Of a stretch of DNA of 60,293 nucleotides, positions 6,974 to 15,758 are shown in pieces. The notes under the pieces were generated by a model. The model ran no database searches. It was given only the letters and a program-made list of their open reading frames with translations, and had not been told where the DNA came from. Origin of the DNA: Oscillospiraceae bacterium. GTDB lineage: Bacteria > Bacillota > Clostridia > Oscillospirales > CAG-272. The translations under genes and the position numbers were made by a program. How positions within the stretch are numbered: the first letter of the stretch is position 1; every line of letters begins with the position of its first letter. The DNA lies in the NCBI GenBank assembly GCA_015064965.1, contig SVRG01000003.1:1-60293 (forward strand), read 5' to 3'.

Positions 6974-7543
6974 ATGAAAACAATTGAATTATGGTTAGGT
7001 AGATATGATAGCGAATACACATTATTCAATGCTATTTCAACAGACTTCGGCATCACCCCAAAGGTCTATTCAATAGACTCTCTCGCAGAGTTTCTGAAAA
7101 GCAACAGTGGACATTTTGTGAATATCCGCTATTCGGATAGGTTGTACGGAGATGCTGCAATTGTTTTTGCAGATATTATCAAACTTTTCGAGCAAATTAA
7201 GTTGATATACGGAAATCTCCACCTAGACTATTCGTTTGTCCCTCGTGAAAAAGTCGTTATTGATTTTGCCAAATGCCAAAGCATGTCAGAAATATATCAA
7301 GAAATGCGTGTGAAAATGGAGTGGATGGACTGGTATGGTGAGAACTTGGATGCTCTATGGGATATACTGACTGGCCTTCCGTACAAGGGTGATGATTTTA
7401 CAATTCTAAGGAAAAAACATCATTCCCGTATCATTTACGGCAGGACCGAAGATTTTACTGGCCTAGTTGATGAAATATGTGGTATTTTCATAGAAGCGCA
7501 AAATGAATATGGCAAAATTAAAGTTGACATACACTTTTCTTGA
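6974..7543 (+). CDS. Barstar-family RNase inhibitor with a tandem (two-domain) architecture
   Basis: The C-terminal half, VVIDFAKCQSMSEIYQEMRVKMEWMDWYGENLDALWDILTGL, is the barstar signature. The N-terminal half shows a degenerate second copy (IELWLGRY...SIDSLAEFL). The RBS AGGTGA lies upstream of the ATG at 6974. Confidence 0.8.
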   Translation: MKTIELWLGRYDSEYTLFNAISTDFGITPKVYSIDSLAEFLKSNSGHFVNIRYSDRLYGDAAIVFADIIKLFEQIKLIYGNLHLDYSFVPREKVVIDFAKCQSMSEIYQEMRVKMEWMDWYGENLDALWDILTGLPYKGDDFTILRKKHHSRIIYGRTEDFTGLVDEICGIFIEAQNEYGKIKVDIHFS

Positions 7544-7642
7544 TTTCGTTGATTGCACCATTGCACAAACCGCTATTAAAAGCAATGCACCACCGCTTTT
7601 CTCCGGAATGCATTGTACAGGTTCTAACACCCTTTTTCAGAT

Positions 7643-7686
7643 AAGCACGCTAATTTTGATAGAATCAGCGTGCTTTTACTTTTTTG
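7643..7686 (+). terminator. Intrinsic terminator
   Basis: AAGCACGCT-(15-nt loop)-AGCGTGCTT followed by TTACTTTTTT. Confidence 0.65.
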
Positions 7687-7829
7687 CGCCTCAAGAACCG
7701 CATAAAATAAGGCTTTGCTGGATTTTAACAAAAATCAAAAACAGCACGGTACTCTGTGAAATCACCATTTTTCACGAGTGAAATGCTGCTTTTTTCTTTA
7801 TTTTTTACGATTCTCCCCCGCCCTTATGA

Positions 7830-7904
7830 GTAACCGTTTTTTTAGTGGGGGGTAACCGTTTTTTTAGAGAGTAATCGTTTTTTTGTTGCAGTAATCGTTT
7901 TTTT
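7830..7904 (+). repeat. Four iteron-like direct repeats, GTAAYCGTTTTTTT
   Basis: Copies at 7830-7843, 7852-7865, 7871-7884 and 7891-7904, spaced 22, 19 and 20 bp. A partial inverted copy (AAAAAACGATT on the other strand) lies at 7801-7812. Confidence 0.85.
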
Positions 7905-7929
7905 ATTACCACTATTCTATTGTAAAAAA

Positions 7930-8100
7930 GTGACACATGCTGAGAGCAGGAACATAGATTTTGGTAAAGGAATAGATATTTATCTTCCTGAGTATAAAAT
8001 TGGAATCGAACATAATGGGAAGTTTTATCACAGAGATAAAAAAGAATCTGATGAGCAAAAAATAGCATTTTTTGCTGAAAGAAATATTCGCATAATTATC
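7930..8100 (+). pseudogene. Fragment of a DUF559/Vsr-like (PD-(D/E)xK) endonuclease-domain gene
   Basis: GIDIYLPEYKIGIEHNGKFYHRDKKESDEQKIAFFAERNIRII matches the D...E.(N/D)G..(Y)H...(K) endonuclease-like core. There is no credible N-terminus, and downstream the frame becomes antisense of another fragment. Confidence 0.4.
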
Positions 8101-8418
8101 GCCGCTTGCCTGTGCCGCTACCATTATACGCTTTTGTTCACGCAAGGCGGTTTCAAGATGGCGTATAACTTGAGTCCATCCGTAGCCGGTTTTGGTCTTT
8201 TTGTCTATAGTGTATTGTTTGGAATCCTCTTCTTTGAAATGAGCTAATTCCGCCTCGCTATATGCCGGTTCTGATATACCGAGCAGAATCGGAGTATCAA
8301 AATGCAAACATCCATAGTCATTCAATGCGCCTTTTTCTCCCGTGACGCCGGATATGTCGATCCAAAGTAAAAGCAGTGGGATCAAGTATTTCTCTTTTTT
8401 TAAATAAATATTTGACAC
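8098..8418 (-). pseudogene. Fragment of an unidentified gene, convergent with and abutting the DUF559-like fragment
   Basis: The coding-looking stretch is WIDISGVTGEKGALNDYGCLHFDTPILLGISEPAYSEAELAHFKEEDSKQYTIDKKTKTGYGWTQVIRHLETALREQKR. Its apparent GTG start lies inside the -35 box of the trmH-like promoter. The rest of the 168-aa track ORF is antisense of the DUF559-like fragment. Confidence 0.3.
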
Positions 8419-8440
8419 AAGGGGTGGATACGGTTACAAT
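8412..8440 (+). promoter_or_regulatory. Promoter of the first TrmH-family gene
   Basis: TTGACA (8412-8417), 17-nt spacer, TACAAT (8435-8440). Confidence 0.65.
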
Positions 8441-8467
8441 ATACATATCAACATAACGGAGTTTTCA

Positions 8468-9283
8468 ATGAATAACATTATAGAAATAACAGATTTTCTT
8501 GACCCACGTCTTGATGTATATGCACGGTTGACCGAGGCGCAGCTACTGAACAGAGAGTTCCCCGAAAAAGGTATGTTCATAGCGGAAAGTCCGAAAGTCA
8601 TCGAGCGTGCGCTCGATGCGGGATACGAGGCTGTATCCTGCCTTATGGAGAAAAAGCATATCGAGGGAGAGGGCAAGCATATCCTTGACAGAATAAAAGG
8701 CATACCCGTTTTCTGTGCGGAATTTGACGTTCTGACACAGCTCACGGGCTTCAAACTCACCAGAGGTATGCTGTGCGCAATGAAGAGAAAGCCGCTCCCC
8801 ACAGTAAAAGAGATATGCGAAAACAAAAGCCGAATCGTTATACTCGACCAAGTTATGAACCCGACAAACGTCGGAGCGATAATCCGCTCGGCGGCGGCGC
8901 TCGGAATGGATGCGGTACTGCTTACTAAGGGAAGTTCAGACCCGCTTTACAGACGCGCCGCAAGAGTAAGCATGGGTACGGTATTTCAGATTGAGTGGAC
9001 GTTTTTAAGTGATGACGGTATTGACGAAGTAAAATCACTCGGCTTTAAAACCGTTGCTATGGCACTGAAAGACAACACCCTCTCCATAAGCGACGAGCGC
9101 CTTACAAACGAAGAAAAACTCGCCGTAATTATGGGCACCGAGGGGGACGGGCTCTCCGACAACACCATAGCCGACTGCGATTTTACCGTGAAAATCCCGA
9201 TGTATCACGGTGTTGACTCGCTTAACGTTGCCGCCGCATCTGCTGTAGCATTCTACCAACTCGGAAACAAAAATCAACAGTAA
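8468..9283 (+). CDS. TrmH/SpoU-family RNA 2'-O-methyltransferase (paralogue 1)
   Basis: SpoU-methylase motifs are present: NPTNVGAIIRSAAALG, IMGTEGDGLS and IPMYHGVDSLNVAAASAVAFY. Confidence 0.85.
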   Translation: MNNIIEITDFLDPRLDVYARLTEAQLLNREFPEKGMFIAESPKVIERALDAGYEAVSCLMEKKHIEGEGKHILDRIKGIPVFCAEFDVLTQLTGFKLTRGMLCAMKRKPLPTVKEICENKSRIVILDQVMNPTNVGAIIRSAAALGMDAVLLTKGSSDPLYRRAARVSMGTVFQIEWTFLSDDGIDEVKSLGFKTVAMALKDNTLSISDERLTNEEKLAVIMGTEGDGLSDNTIADCDFTVKIPMYHGVDSLNVAAASAVAFYQLGNKNQQ

Positions 9284-9316
9284 AAAATGCGCTTGCATCA
9301 GCAAGCGCATTTTTTA
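9284..9316. terminator. Bidirectional intrinsic terminator
   Basis: AAAAATGCGCTTGC-ATCA-GCAAGCGCATTTTTT. Confidence 0.8.
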
Positions 9317-9320
9317 TTAA

Positions 9321-12300
9321 TTATCGCGCGATAATTTTCATAAGACGAATAACGTCGAGTAAAGTGGGGGGTGTGTCGCCGTAACCGATAGGCTTTTTAT
9401 TAAGAACGGCTTTGATAAGTATCATCGCATCCACAAGAGTAACTTTTCCGTCGCTGTCGAAATCGGTTGCGGTGCCGCCAACAGCAATTGCATTAACCGA
9501 GATATTGCCACTTCCCGAAAACGCAAACTCAACGGTTGCACTGTCAAGTGTGTAGTTGCTAAAGTCAAGCGTAACAAGCGCCATTTGCGATGTGGTATCA
9601 TTCTGAACAACGACCTTCGCAGCCGAAAGGGGCAAACCGTATGAATCATATACATTCATAGTATTGGTACCCTTCCATGCGCCGACAAGCATTGTAACCG
9701 TGTCTACACCCTTTGTGTTTAAAGTTACCTTAACGGTTCCGTTTGTATTGGTGCCGCTAAGTGTTTTTGCCTCGGTTACCGTGTCGCCGTCGCTCCACGC
9801 TATCTCCGCCTTGTTATCATAGTGCAATTTTTCACTGCTGAAAACGGTGTTGATATAGTCTTGATTGCCGCTCTTGCGATAGAACTGTACCGTATCTTTG
9901 CTATTTAGTTTTCCGTAAAACTCCCAGTCGAGGTTACCGAGGGCGGTAAGGTCAACCGTATCGGTATGCGGAGTGCTGACCGTAATCGGAACTGCACCTG
10001 CGGCAAAATCCACGTTTGGAAGTTCAACACGGTTACCGTCTGATGCCGCGACGGCAGTTACAGTAACGTTTTCACCCGAAAGTACCGAGTAGCTGATATA
10101 AATTTCGCTATCCTGTGCCGCGCTGCAATCAATGGTAATCTTATAGTAATAATTGGTGGTCATATCGCCGAAAGTATAAGTCTGTGCGTTTCCTGCACGG
10201 TCGCGCACGGTGAGTTTTGCAATAGACTTCCAACCGCCCAAGAACAACTGATACTGTGTTGTTTCGCTATCAACCGAAAGCGGAAGTTCAAATTCGGCTT
10301 TGGTATATACGCCCTTTTTTGAGGTGCCTATTTTTCTAAGGTCGCCGTCCTGCCAACAAAGTTCAAAACTATCGGAAAGACCGCCGTAAGAGCCGAGTAT
10401 CGAAAGGTCGCCAATCATATGAGATTTTACGTTTTTGCGAATTACGGTTTCCTTGCCGAGCGCACCGAAATACACCCAGTCTTTGTTGCCGATTTCGGAA
10501 ATATTATCTGCCGCAGATGCTTTAACAAGCTTTTCAACCGTAACGTTTGTTGTTGCCGCGACAGCATCATAATTTTCGTTAACGCCATCCTCGCTTGCAG
10601 AAGCAAAGGTAAAGATAACCGTGTTCTCTTTTGCAATCGGCGAGGTAAAGGTGTATTCGTAAACCGTGTTGTCGCGCGCGCCGCCCGAAACGGCAAGCGG
10701 TGCCGCATCCGCATTCTTTTGCAGAGCGGTAAACGAAACAGGCACACCGTCAAGCGTCATTTGCGTGAGTGTACCGAAGTCGTCTCTACCGTGTACACGC
10801 ACTGTCCAAGTACGGTCGGCAAAAGCTCTATCTCCTGTAAATGCGCCGTTTGCCGCATCTACCTTAAGAGTTACGGTATTTCCCTCTCCCGAAAGGGTGA
10901 TGGAGGTGGTGCGGAACTGACCGTCTTTGTATGCAACGGTTTCTCCGTCATCCTCATAAAGGGTGAACTCTGCAGAGTTTGTAACACTTGGATATACGTC
11001 AAGCGTTAAGTGACTCCAATCACTTTCGTCCATATTCTGCACAACGTCGGCAAGAGCAATCACACTGCCCATGCGTACAAAAACAGGCGAAGTGGTAAGC
11101 GAATGTGCAACCGAAACGGTTGTAGGACCGACAAAGGTTTCACCCGTCCACACGTCCATCCACTCTCCGTCGGGGATAAACACGGTGCGCTCGTTTTTAG
11201 CCTCACCGTATACCCACATTTTAAGATGTGCATTGTTTACGTCCTCAAAATATTCAATTGTGATTGAATGAGTGGTGCCTGCCAAAAGGGGCTCGCTTGT
11301 AAAGTAAACGTCGTACACGTCCCAAAGGTTTGCAATCTCTTCACCGTCAATGTAAATTCTGATACCGTCATCCGCAAAGAAACGGAGAACGATATCGTTT
11401 TTGCCTACGGTAATTGTGCCGCTATAGCGTATCGAAAAGTCGCTTGACTTGCCGATACTCGGATGTGTACCGGTACCAACGTCAAATGCGGGAGTATCAA
11501 CCTGCTCGATAACGGTAGGAGTGCCCGAAAGAGTTTGGTTTGGAAAATACTCTGCGGTAAGAGAAAGAGTATAATCCTCGGTAGGAACAAGTCCCTCTGC
11601 AATGGGCGCAACCAAAATCGAATCGCCAAGCAAATACTGGTCGTTTGCCGCACTTTCCGCATACTGCGGATAGTTAACGTCAAGACGTCTTACAAGCGGC
11701 AATCCCGTTTCATAATTTTCATGCGCAAGCGCATAGTACAAAGGAATCAAGCGGTAACGCATATCAACGTAGGTATGTGTAACGCTCTCTGCCGTTTCGC
11801 CAAAGCACCACGGCATACGAACCATGTTTTTGCCGCAATGCACACGCATAATAGGCGAAAGTGCGCCAAACTGCATCCAACGAACGTACAAATCGTCCAT
11901 AAGCTTGCCTTCCATATGACCGCCGATATCGGCACTCACATAAGGAAGACCGAGTTTTACACCGCCGTAAACCGCGTTAAAAATTTCGTCGGCAATATCC
12001 TCTTCCCAAACTCCAACGTCACCCGTCCATTGGAGGGTGTATCTGTGGGCGGCAAGCTCGGGCGCATAGGTAAGCGCGCCGTTTTTAATGCCGTCAACGT
12101 TGCCCATGATAAGCGCGCGTCTTGCATATTCACCAAGGTCGGTAATACTGTTGTAATACTCCTCGGTTACAAAATCAAATGCGTACATACCCGTTGCATA
12201 TATCGAAAGATCCTTGTGAATGGGGTTAAGCGACACGCTCCAGTTGCGGTCGTACCACCAATAATCAAGTCCGAGCGAGAGTATGAGTTTTAATTTTTCG

Positions 12301-13205
12301 GAGCGATAGGCAACTTCCTCTTTGTCAAGCAAATTGTCAGTTCCCGAAACGGGTTCGGGATGGTCGTTAAACACAATGTCAACGCCAAGTGCGTGAGCCT
12401 CTTCGAGGAAAGCCGCCATGTCGGGGAAAAGCTCCTCGTTAATCTCATAGCCAACGCCGCCCGTTTCACCGACTTTGCGCCAGTCGGTGTCAATTACGAG
12501 CACATCGATTGAATATCCCTTGTCCTGATAGTCTTTGATCTGCTGCAAAGCGGTTTCGGCAGTATAGGCATAATAACGAGAATCCCAATAGCCGAGAAGT
12601 TTAGGGGTGATAAGTTCGGATCTGCCCGTGAGTTTTACAAAATCCTCAGTAAAGGTTTTATAATCGCCCTTTGGCAAAAATACAAACGCATCGGTAGAAT
12701 CGTTATCCATATCCCATCCGTTAAACTCTTCGTACGGGTCGGTCAGCGAATATCCCGCCGCAGACGGAATAATGCGAGGCGAATCGGTGAAAAACCAACT
12801 GTCAAGTTTATCCGAGGGAGAAGGCAAATACACGTTTGAGGTGGTATTTGCGCTATACTGCCACAAAATTTCTCCGCCCACGTCGATAATATAGCAACCG
12901 CTAAGCGAAGATGCGCCGTCGGGAATATACACAGAGTATGCATCGGTAGCGATTACAACATAACCCTCGCTCTCTGTAACGGTATATTCAACCGCATCCC
13001 AATTATCTCTACCCACAACGGTAAAGGATGGACGGTCCTCAAAGCCGTTTTGCCCCTCAAGTTCAATACGCACAAGCGTATCCGAAAGAAGCTGTACACG
13101 GATATCACCGAAAACCTCTTCGCTGGGGGATGCCGCAAAAATGCTCAAGCTGAAAATACACATAAAAATCAGGGAAAATGCGAAACAAATCTTCTTTGAA
13201 AACAT
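9321..13205 (-). CDS. Secreted multidomain GH31 glycoside hydrolase with a PA14 insert, two C-terminal beta-sandwich-like modules and a dockerin-like tail
   Basis: Signal peptide: MFSKKICFAFSLIFMCIFSLSIFAA. GH31 motifs: DVLVIDTDWRK, DYWWYDRNW and ADIGGH. PA14-like: SDFSIRYSGTITV...FFADDGIRIYIDGEEI. Two related ~150-aa modules start NKDWVYFG and NLDWEFYG. The C-terminal DFDSDGKVTLVDAMILIKAVL is an EF-hand dockerin loop. I chose the start at 13205 because the RBS AAAGGAGA lies upstream. Confidence 0.85.
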   Translation of the reverse strand: MFSKKICFAFSLIFMCIFSLSIFAASPSEEVFGDIRVQLLSDTLVRIELEGQNGFEDRPSFTVVGRDNWDAVEYTVTESEGYVVIATDAYSVYIPDGASSLSGCYIIDVGGEILWQYSANTTSNVYLPSPSDKLDSWFFTDSPRIIPSAAGYSLTDPYEEFNGWDMDNDSTDAFVFLPKGDYKTFTEDFVKLTGRSELITPKLLGYWDSRYYAYTAETALQQIKDYQDKGYSIDVLVIDTDWRKVGETGGVGYEINEELFPDMAAFLEEAHALGVDIVFNDHPEPVSGTDNLLDKEEVAYRSEKLKLILSLGLDYWWYDRNWSVSLNPIHKDLSIYATGMYAFDFVTEEYYNSITDLGEYARRALIMGNVDGIKNGALTYAPELAAHRYTLQWTGDVGVWEEDIADEIFNAVYGGVKLGLPYVSADIGGHMEGKLMDDLYVRWMQFGALSPIMRVHCGKNMVRMPWCFGETAESVTHTYVDMRYRLIPLYYALAHENYETGLPLVRRLDVNYPQYAESAANDQYLLGDSILVAPIAEGLVPTEDYTLSLTAEYFPNQTLSGTPTVIEQVDTPAFDVGTGTHPSIGKSSDFSIRYSGTITVGKNDIVLRFFADDGIRIYIDGEEIANLWDVYDVYFTSEPLLAGTTHSITIEYFEDVNNAHLKMWVYGEAKNERTVFIPDGEWMDVWTGETFVGPTTVSVAHSLTTSPVFVRMGSVIALADVVQNMDESDWSHLTLDVYPSVTNSAEFTLYEDDGETVAYKDGQFRTTSITLSGEGNTVTLKVDAANGAFTGDRAFADRTWTVRVHGRDDFGTLTQMTLDGVPVSFTALQKNADAAPLAVSGGARDNTVYEYTFTSPIAKENTVIFTFASASEDGVNENYDAVAATTNVTVEKLVKASAADNISEIGNKDWVYFGALGKETVIRKNVKSHMIGDLSILGSYGGLSDSFELCWQDGDLRKIGTSKKGVYTKAEFELPLSVDSETTQYQLFLGGWKSIAKLTVRDRAGNAQTYTFGDMTTNYYYKITIDCSAAQDSEIYISYSVLSGENVTVTAVAASDGNRVELPNVDFAAGAVPITVSTPHTDTVDLTALGNLDWEFYGKLNSKDTVQFYRKSGNQDYINTVFSSEKLHYDNKAEIAWSDGDTVTEAKTLSGTNTNGTVKVTLNTKGVDTVTMLVGAWKGTNTMNVYDSYGLPLSAAKVVVQNDTTSQMALVTLDFSNYTLDSATVEFAFSGSGNISVNAIAVGGTATDFDSDGKVTLVDAMILIKAVLNKKPIGYGDTPPTLLDVIRLMKIIAR

Positions 13206-13218
13206 TGTCTTCTCCTTT

Positions 13219-15582
13219 TTAATCAGCACTTAAAAGCTCTATAATTGCACCACGCAAAGAGTCATTTACTTTGCGTGAAAGCATGTCCTGTATGCGTGTG
13301 GCTGCAGATGCATTTTTATTCACAAAGTTCATAAGCAGTGTCTTATCGGAGTAATTGCACTGTGCAGCGGCAAGAAGCTCGTAGGCTGTGTCGTGCACTT
13401 CGTTTTCGGGGAGCTTTCCGTCGCCGCAAAGTGTGACTTTAACCGTTTCTCCTGCCGTAATCTTGCCGATATCGGCATATACGGTGCGGCGCTTTGAATC
13501 ATAGGTGAATTCGCATTCCGCCTCCTTGCCGCCGACAGAAACAGCAATGCGTTCGGGCTTTGAAAAAGCAATGAAGCTTACCTTATAATCACGCACAGTG
13601 GGAACCGTGTCACATGCGCTCGGAGTAAATTCAAGCACAGCTTCTTTGCCGTAGGTAAACTTGAACTCTGTGTGTGCGCTGACAAGGTCTTTTCCTGCCT
13701 TGCCGTTATCCTCAATCATTGTAAATGCGCCGCTGTCGCCGCCGAATACACAGATTTCGAGTGCATCGGGATTATCTACTCCGTTTTTGTTTTCAAGCTG
13801 TGCGAGCGGAACCACCGAGCCTGCTTTTGCAAACACGGGCATAGTATCAATACTTCTGTAAGCAAAGAATTTACGGTCGCCGCTATAAACTCTGCCACTG
13901 AAAAAGTCAATGTATGTTCCCTCGGGCAACCATACCTCTGCCTTTGAAAGTCCGCTTTCTTTGTCACAGGGAGATGTAATCGGGGCAACAATAAGGTCGC
14001 CGAAGAAATACTCGTTCTTGACCGAAAAAGCGTTTGCAGTGCGAGAATACTTATGATACATCGGGCGCACCATCGGAATTCCGTCGGTATATCCTCTGTA
14101 CATCATTGTGTAGATGTATGGCACAAGACGGTGACGCAAACGCAGAAATTCGGAAATTACGCCCTCGCATTCACCGTACTTCCACGGCTCTTTGGAGTTA
14201 AACGGGTTGCTTGTAGAATGCAGGCGCAAAACAGGTGAAAATACACCAAACTGTACCCAGCGTGTCTGCAGCTCGTGGTTGTGGTAACCGCCCATATGAC
14301 CGCCGATGTCATGGCTCCACCACGAGTAACCGATATTTGCCGCCGTTGCAGTGAAATACGGCTGAAAATCAAGACTCTCCCATGTGACATGCGTATCACC
14401 GGAAAAGCCTGTAGGATAGCGATGCGAGCCCGGCTCTGCATAGCGTGAGAACAAAAGTCCCCTGCCTCCTTTGCGTGCAGAGTCAACATAGTGGCAGTGA
14501 TTTAGCATCCAAAGCACGTCGTATCCCTCGATGCGTGTGCCACCCTTTTGCTGCCAGTCAATCCACCAAAAGTCAACGCCGTCATCCTCCATGGGATTAA
14601 GCACGGTTTTAAAATATCCCTCCATAAATTTGCGGTCGGATGCGTCAAATTCTATCTGCTTTCCGTCCGCCTCTTTGCCGAGGAATTTACAAAATGCCTC
14701 ATACTGCTCTTCAAACGCTCTCACGCCGTCGCGGGGATGCAAATTGAGCGTTGTGCGAAGTCCTCTTCTGTGCAGGTCTGCAAGAAAGGCTTTGGGATCC
14801 GGAAAAAGCTCACGGTTCCATGTATAGCCTGTCCAGCCACTGCCGTATTTTATGGGGTCCGGCGTTTTTGTGATATGCCAGTCCATATCGATCACCGCAC
14901 AGGAAAGAGGAATGTTCTTTTCCTCAAATGCATCCATCAGTGTGCGGTACTCTTCGTCGGTATACGCATGATAGCGGCTCCACCAGTTGCCGAGAGAATA
15001 TCTCGGGAGAAGCGGAACCGGCGCCGAAAGCTTGTAGAAATCCGAAATGCATTTTTCAAAATCTCTGCCATAGCCAAAAAAGTAAAGGTCTATGCGGTCG
15101 CTGACAAGAGGCACGGGCCATCCGTCATCCCCAATAGCGATGGTTTTACTGTCATCAAGCGTTGTAAAGCCGCGCATTGCCAAAAGTCCGTCACCGAGTT
15201 TGCAAGCACCGTTCACAGTGTCAATCGTGCGTACTGTGCCGAAAAGTGTCAACGGTTTTGCGCCGTATCGCCAATCTCCCGTGCCGTCAACAAAAATCTG
15301 CATTCCAAACTCCGAAAACTCCTTTTCGTCATAACGGAGATGCAAATGCTTTGTAACAACGTGCAAAAGCCCGTCCTCAAAATAGGTTTCATACTCGGGT
15401 GTATCAAACGCACGGTTGAAAGCAAGGCGCGTTGCCCTATCCTCAAAAACGCCGTCCTTGCTGTATTCAAGGCGCAGCATCTGCTCGGTAAGCACGGTTA
15501 TTCTGTATTTATCACCCTTTATAACAAAGCGTTCGTCAGCTTTCGGGCGCATATCAAACATGGAAAGGTCGAAAATAGACAT
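13219..15582 (-). CDS. Cytoplasmic GH31 glycoside hydrolase (alpha-glucosidase/alpha-xylosidase family)
   Basis: No signal peptide. Motifs: WWSRYHAYTDEEY, AVIDMDWH, DFWWIDWQQ and WSHDIGGH. Confidence 0.85.
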   Translation of the reverse strand: MSIFDLSMFDMRPKADERFVIKGDKYRITVLTEQMLRLEYSKDGVFEDRATRLAFNRAFDTPEYETYFEDGLLHVVTKHLHLRYDEKEFSEFGMQIFVDGTGDWRYGAKPLTLFGTVRTIDTVNGACKLGDGLLAMRGFTTLDDSKTIAIGDDGWPVPLVSDRIDLYFFGYGRDFEKCISDFYKLSAPVPLLPRYSLGNWWSRYHAYTDEEYRTLMDAFEEKNIPLSCAVIDMDWHITKTPDPIKYGSGWTGYTWNRELFPDPKAFLADLHRRGLRTTLNLHPRDGVRAFEEQYEAFCKFLGKEADGKQIEFDASDRKFMEGYFKTVLNPMEDDGVDFWWIDWQQKGGTRIEGYDVLWMLNHCHYVDSARKGGRGLLFSRYAEPGSHRYPTGFSGDTHVTWESLDFQPYFTATAANIGYSWWSHDIGGHMGGYHNHELQTRWVQFGVFSPVLRLHSTSNPFNSKEPWKYGECEGVISEFLRLRHRLVPYIYTMMYRGYTDGIPMVRPMYHKYSRTANAFSVKNEYFFGDLIVAPITSPCDKESGLSKAEVWLPEGTYIDFFSGRVYSGDRKFFAYRSIDTMPVFAKAGSVVPLAQLENKNGVDNPDALEICVFGGDSGAFTMIEDNGKAGKDLVSAHTEFKFTYGKEAVLEFTPSACDTVPTVRDYKVSFIAFSKPERIAVSVGGKEAECEFTYDSKRRTVYADIGKITAGETVKVTLCGDGKLPENEVHDTAYELLAAAQCNYSDKTLLMNFVNKNASAATRIQDMLSRKVNDSLRGAIIELLSAD

Positions 15583-15712
15583 GTATAATCCCTCCTTTTA
15601 TATCTTAATTATGCCATACGGCAAACCTTTTTTAAATCAAGATATGTTTGAACTTGTTCCAAGATTTTTGGAAAATATATGTTTTTCCGCACAAACATTT
15701 CCAATTTTTTTG

Positions 15713-15733
15713 TTGACATTTAAGATTTGTCAA
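15713..15733. promoter_or_regulatory. Inverted repeat TTGACA-N9-TGTCAA in the divergent GH31/AraC intergenic region (candidate operator overlapping a -35 box)
   Basis: The half-sites are perfect 6-bp repeats. A second inverted repeat, TTGGAAA...TTTCCAA, lies at 15668-15704. Confidence 0.4.
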
Positions 15734-15758
15734 TATATCCTATAGTTGAGGTGAGGAT

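Noticed and set aside
7912-8418. The 168-aa minus-strand ORF taken as an intact gene.
   Set aside because: Its C-terminal third is the antisense of a recognisable DUF559-like fragment. Its start is a GTG inside a promoter -35 box. I treat it as a gene remnant.
11463-12293. A 276-aa plus-strand ORF, with other 60-200-aa ORFs on both strands within 9.3-13.2 kb.
   Set aside because: All lie inside, or antisense to, the 1294-aa GH31 reading frame.
14548-15588. A 346-aa plus-strand ORF.
   Set aside because: It is antisense to the GH31 gene, which has clear family motifs. Its composition is Cys/Arg/Lys-rich shadow-ORF composition and it has no RBS.
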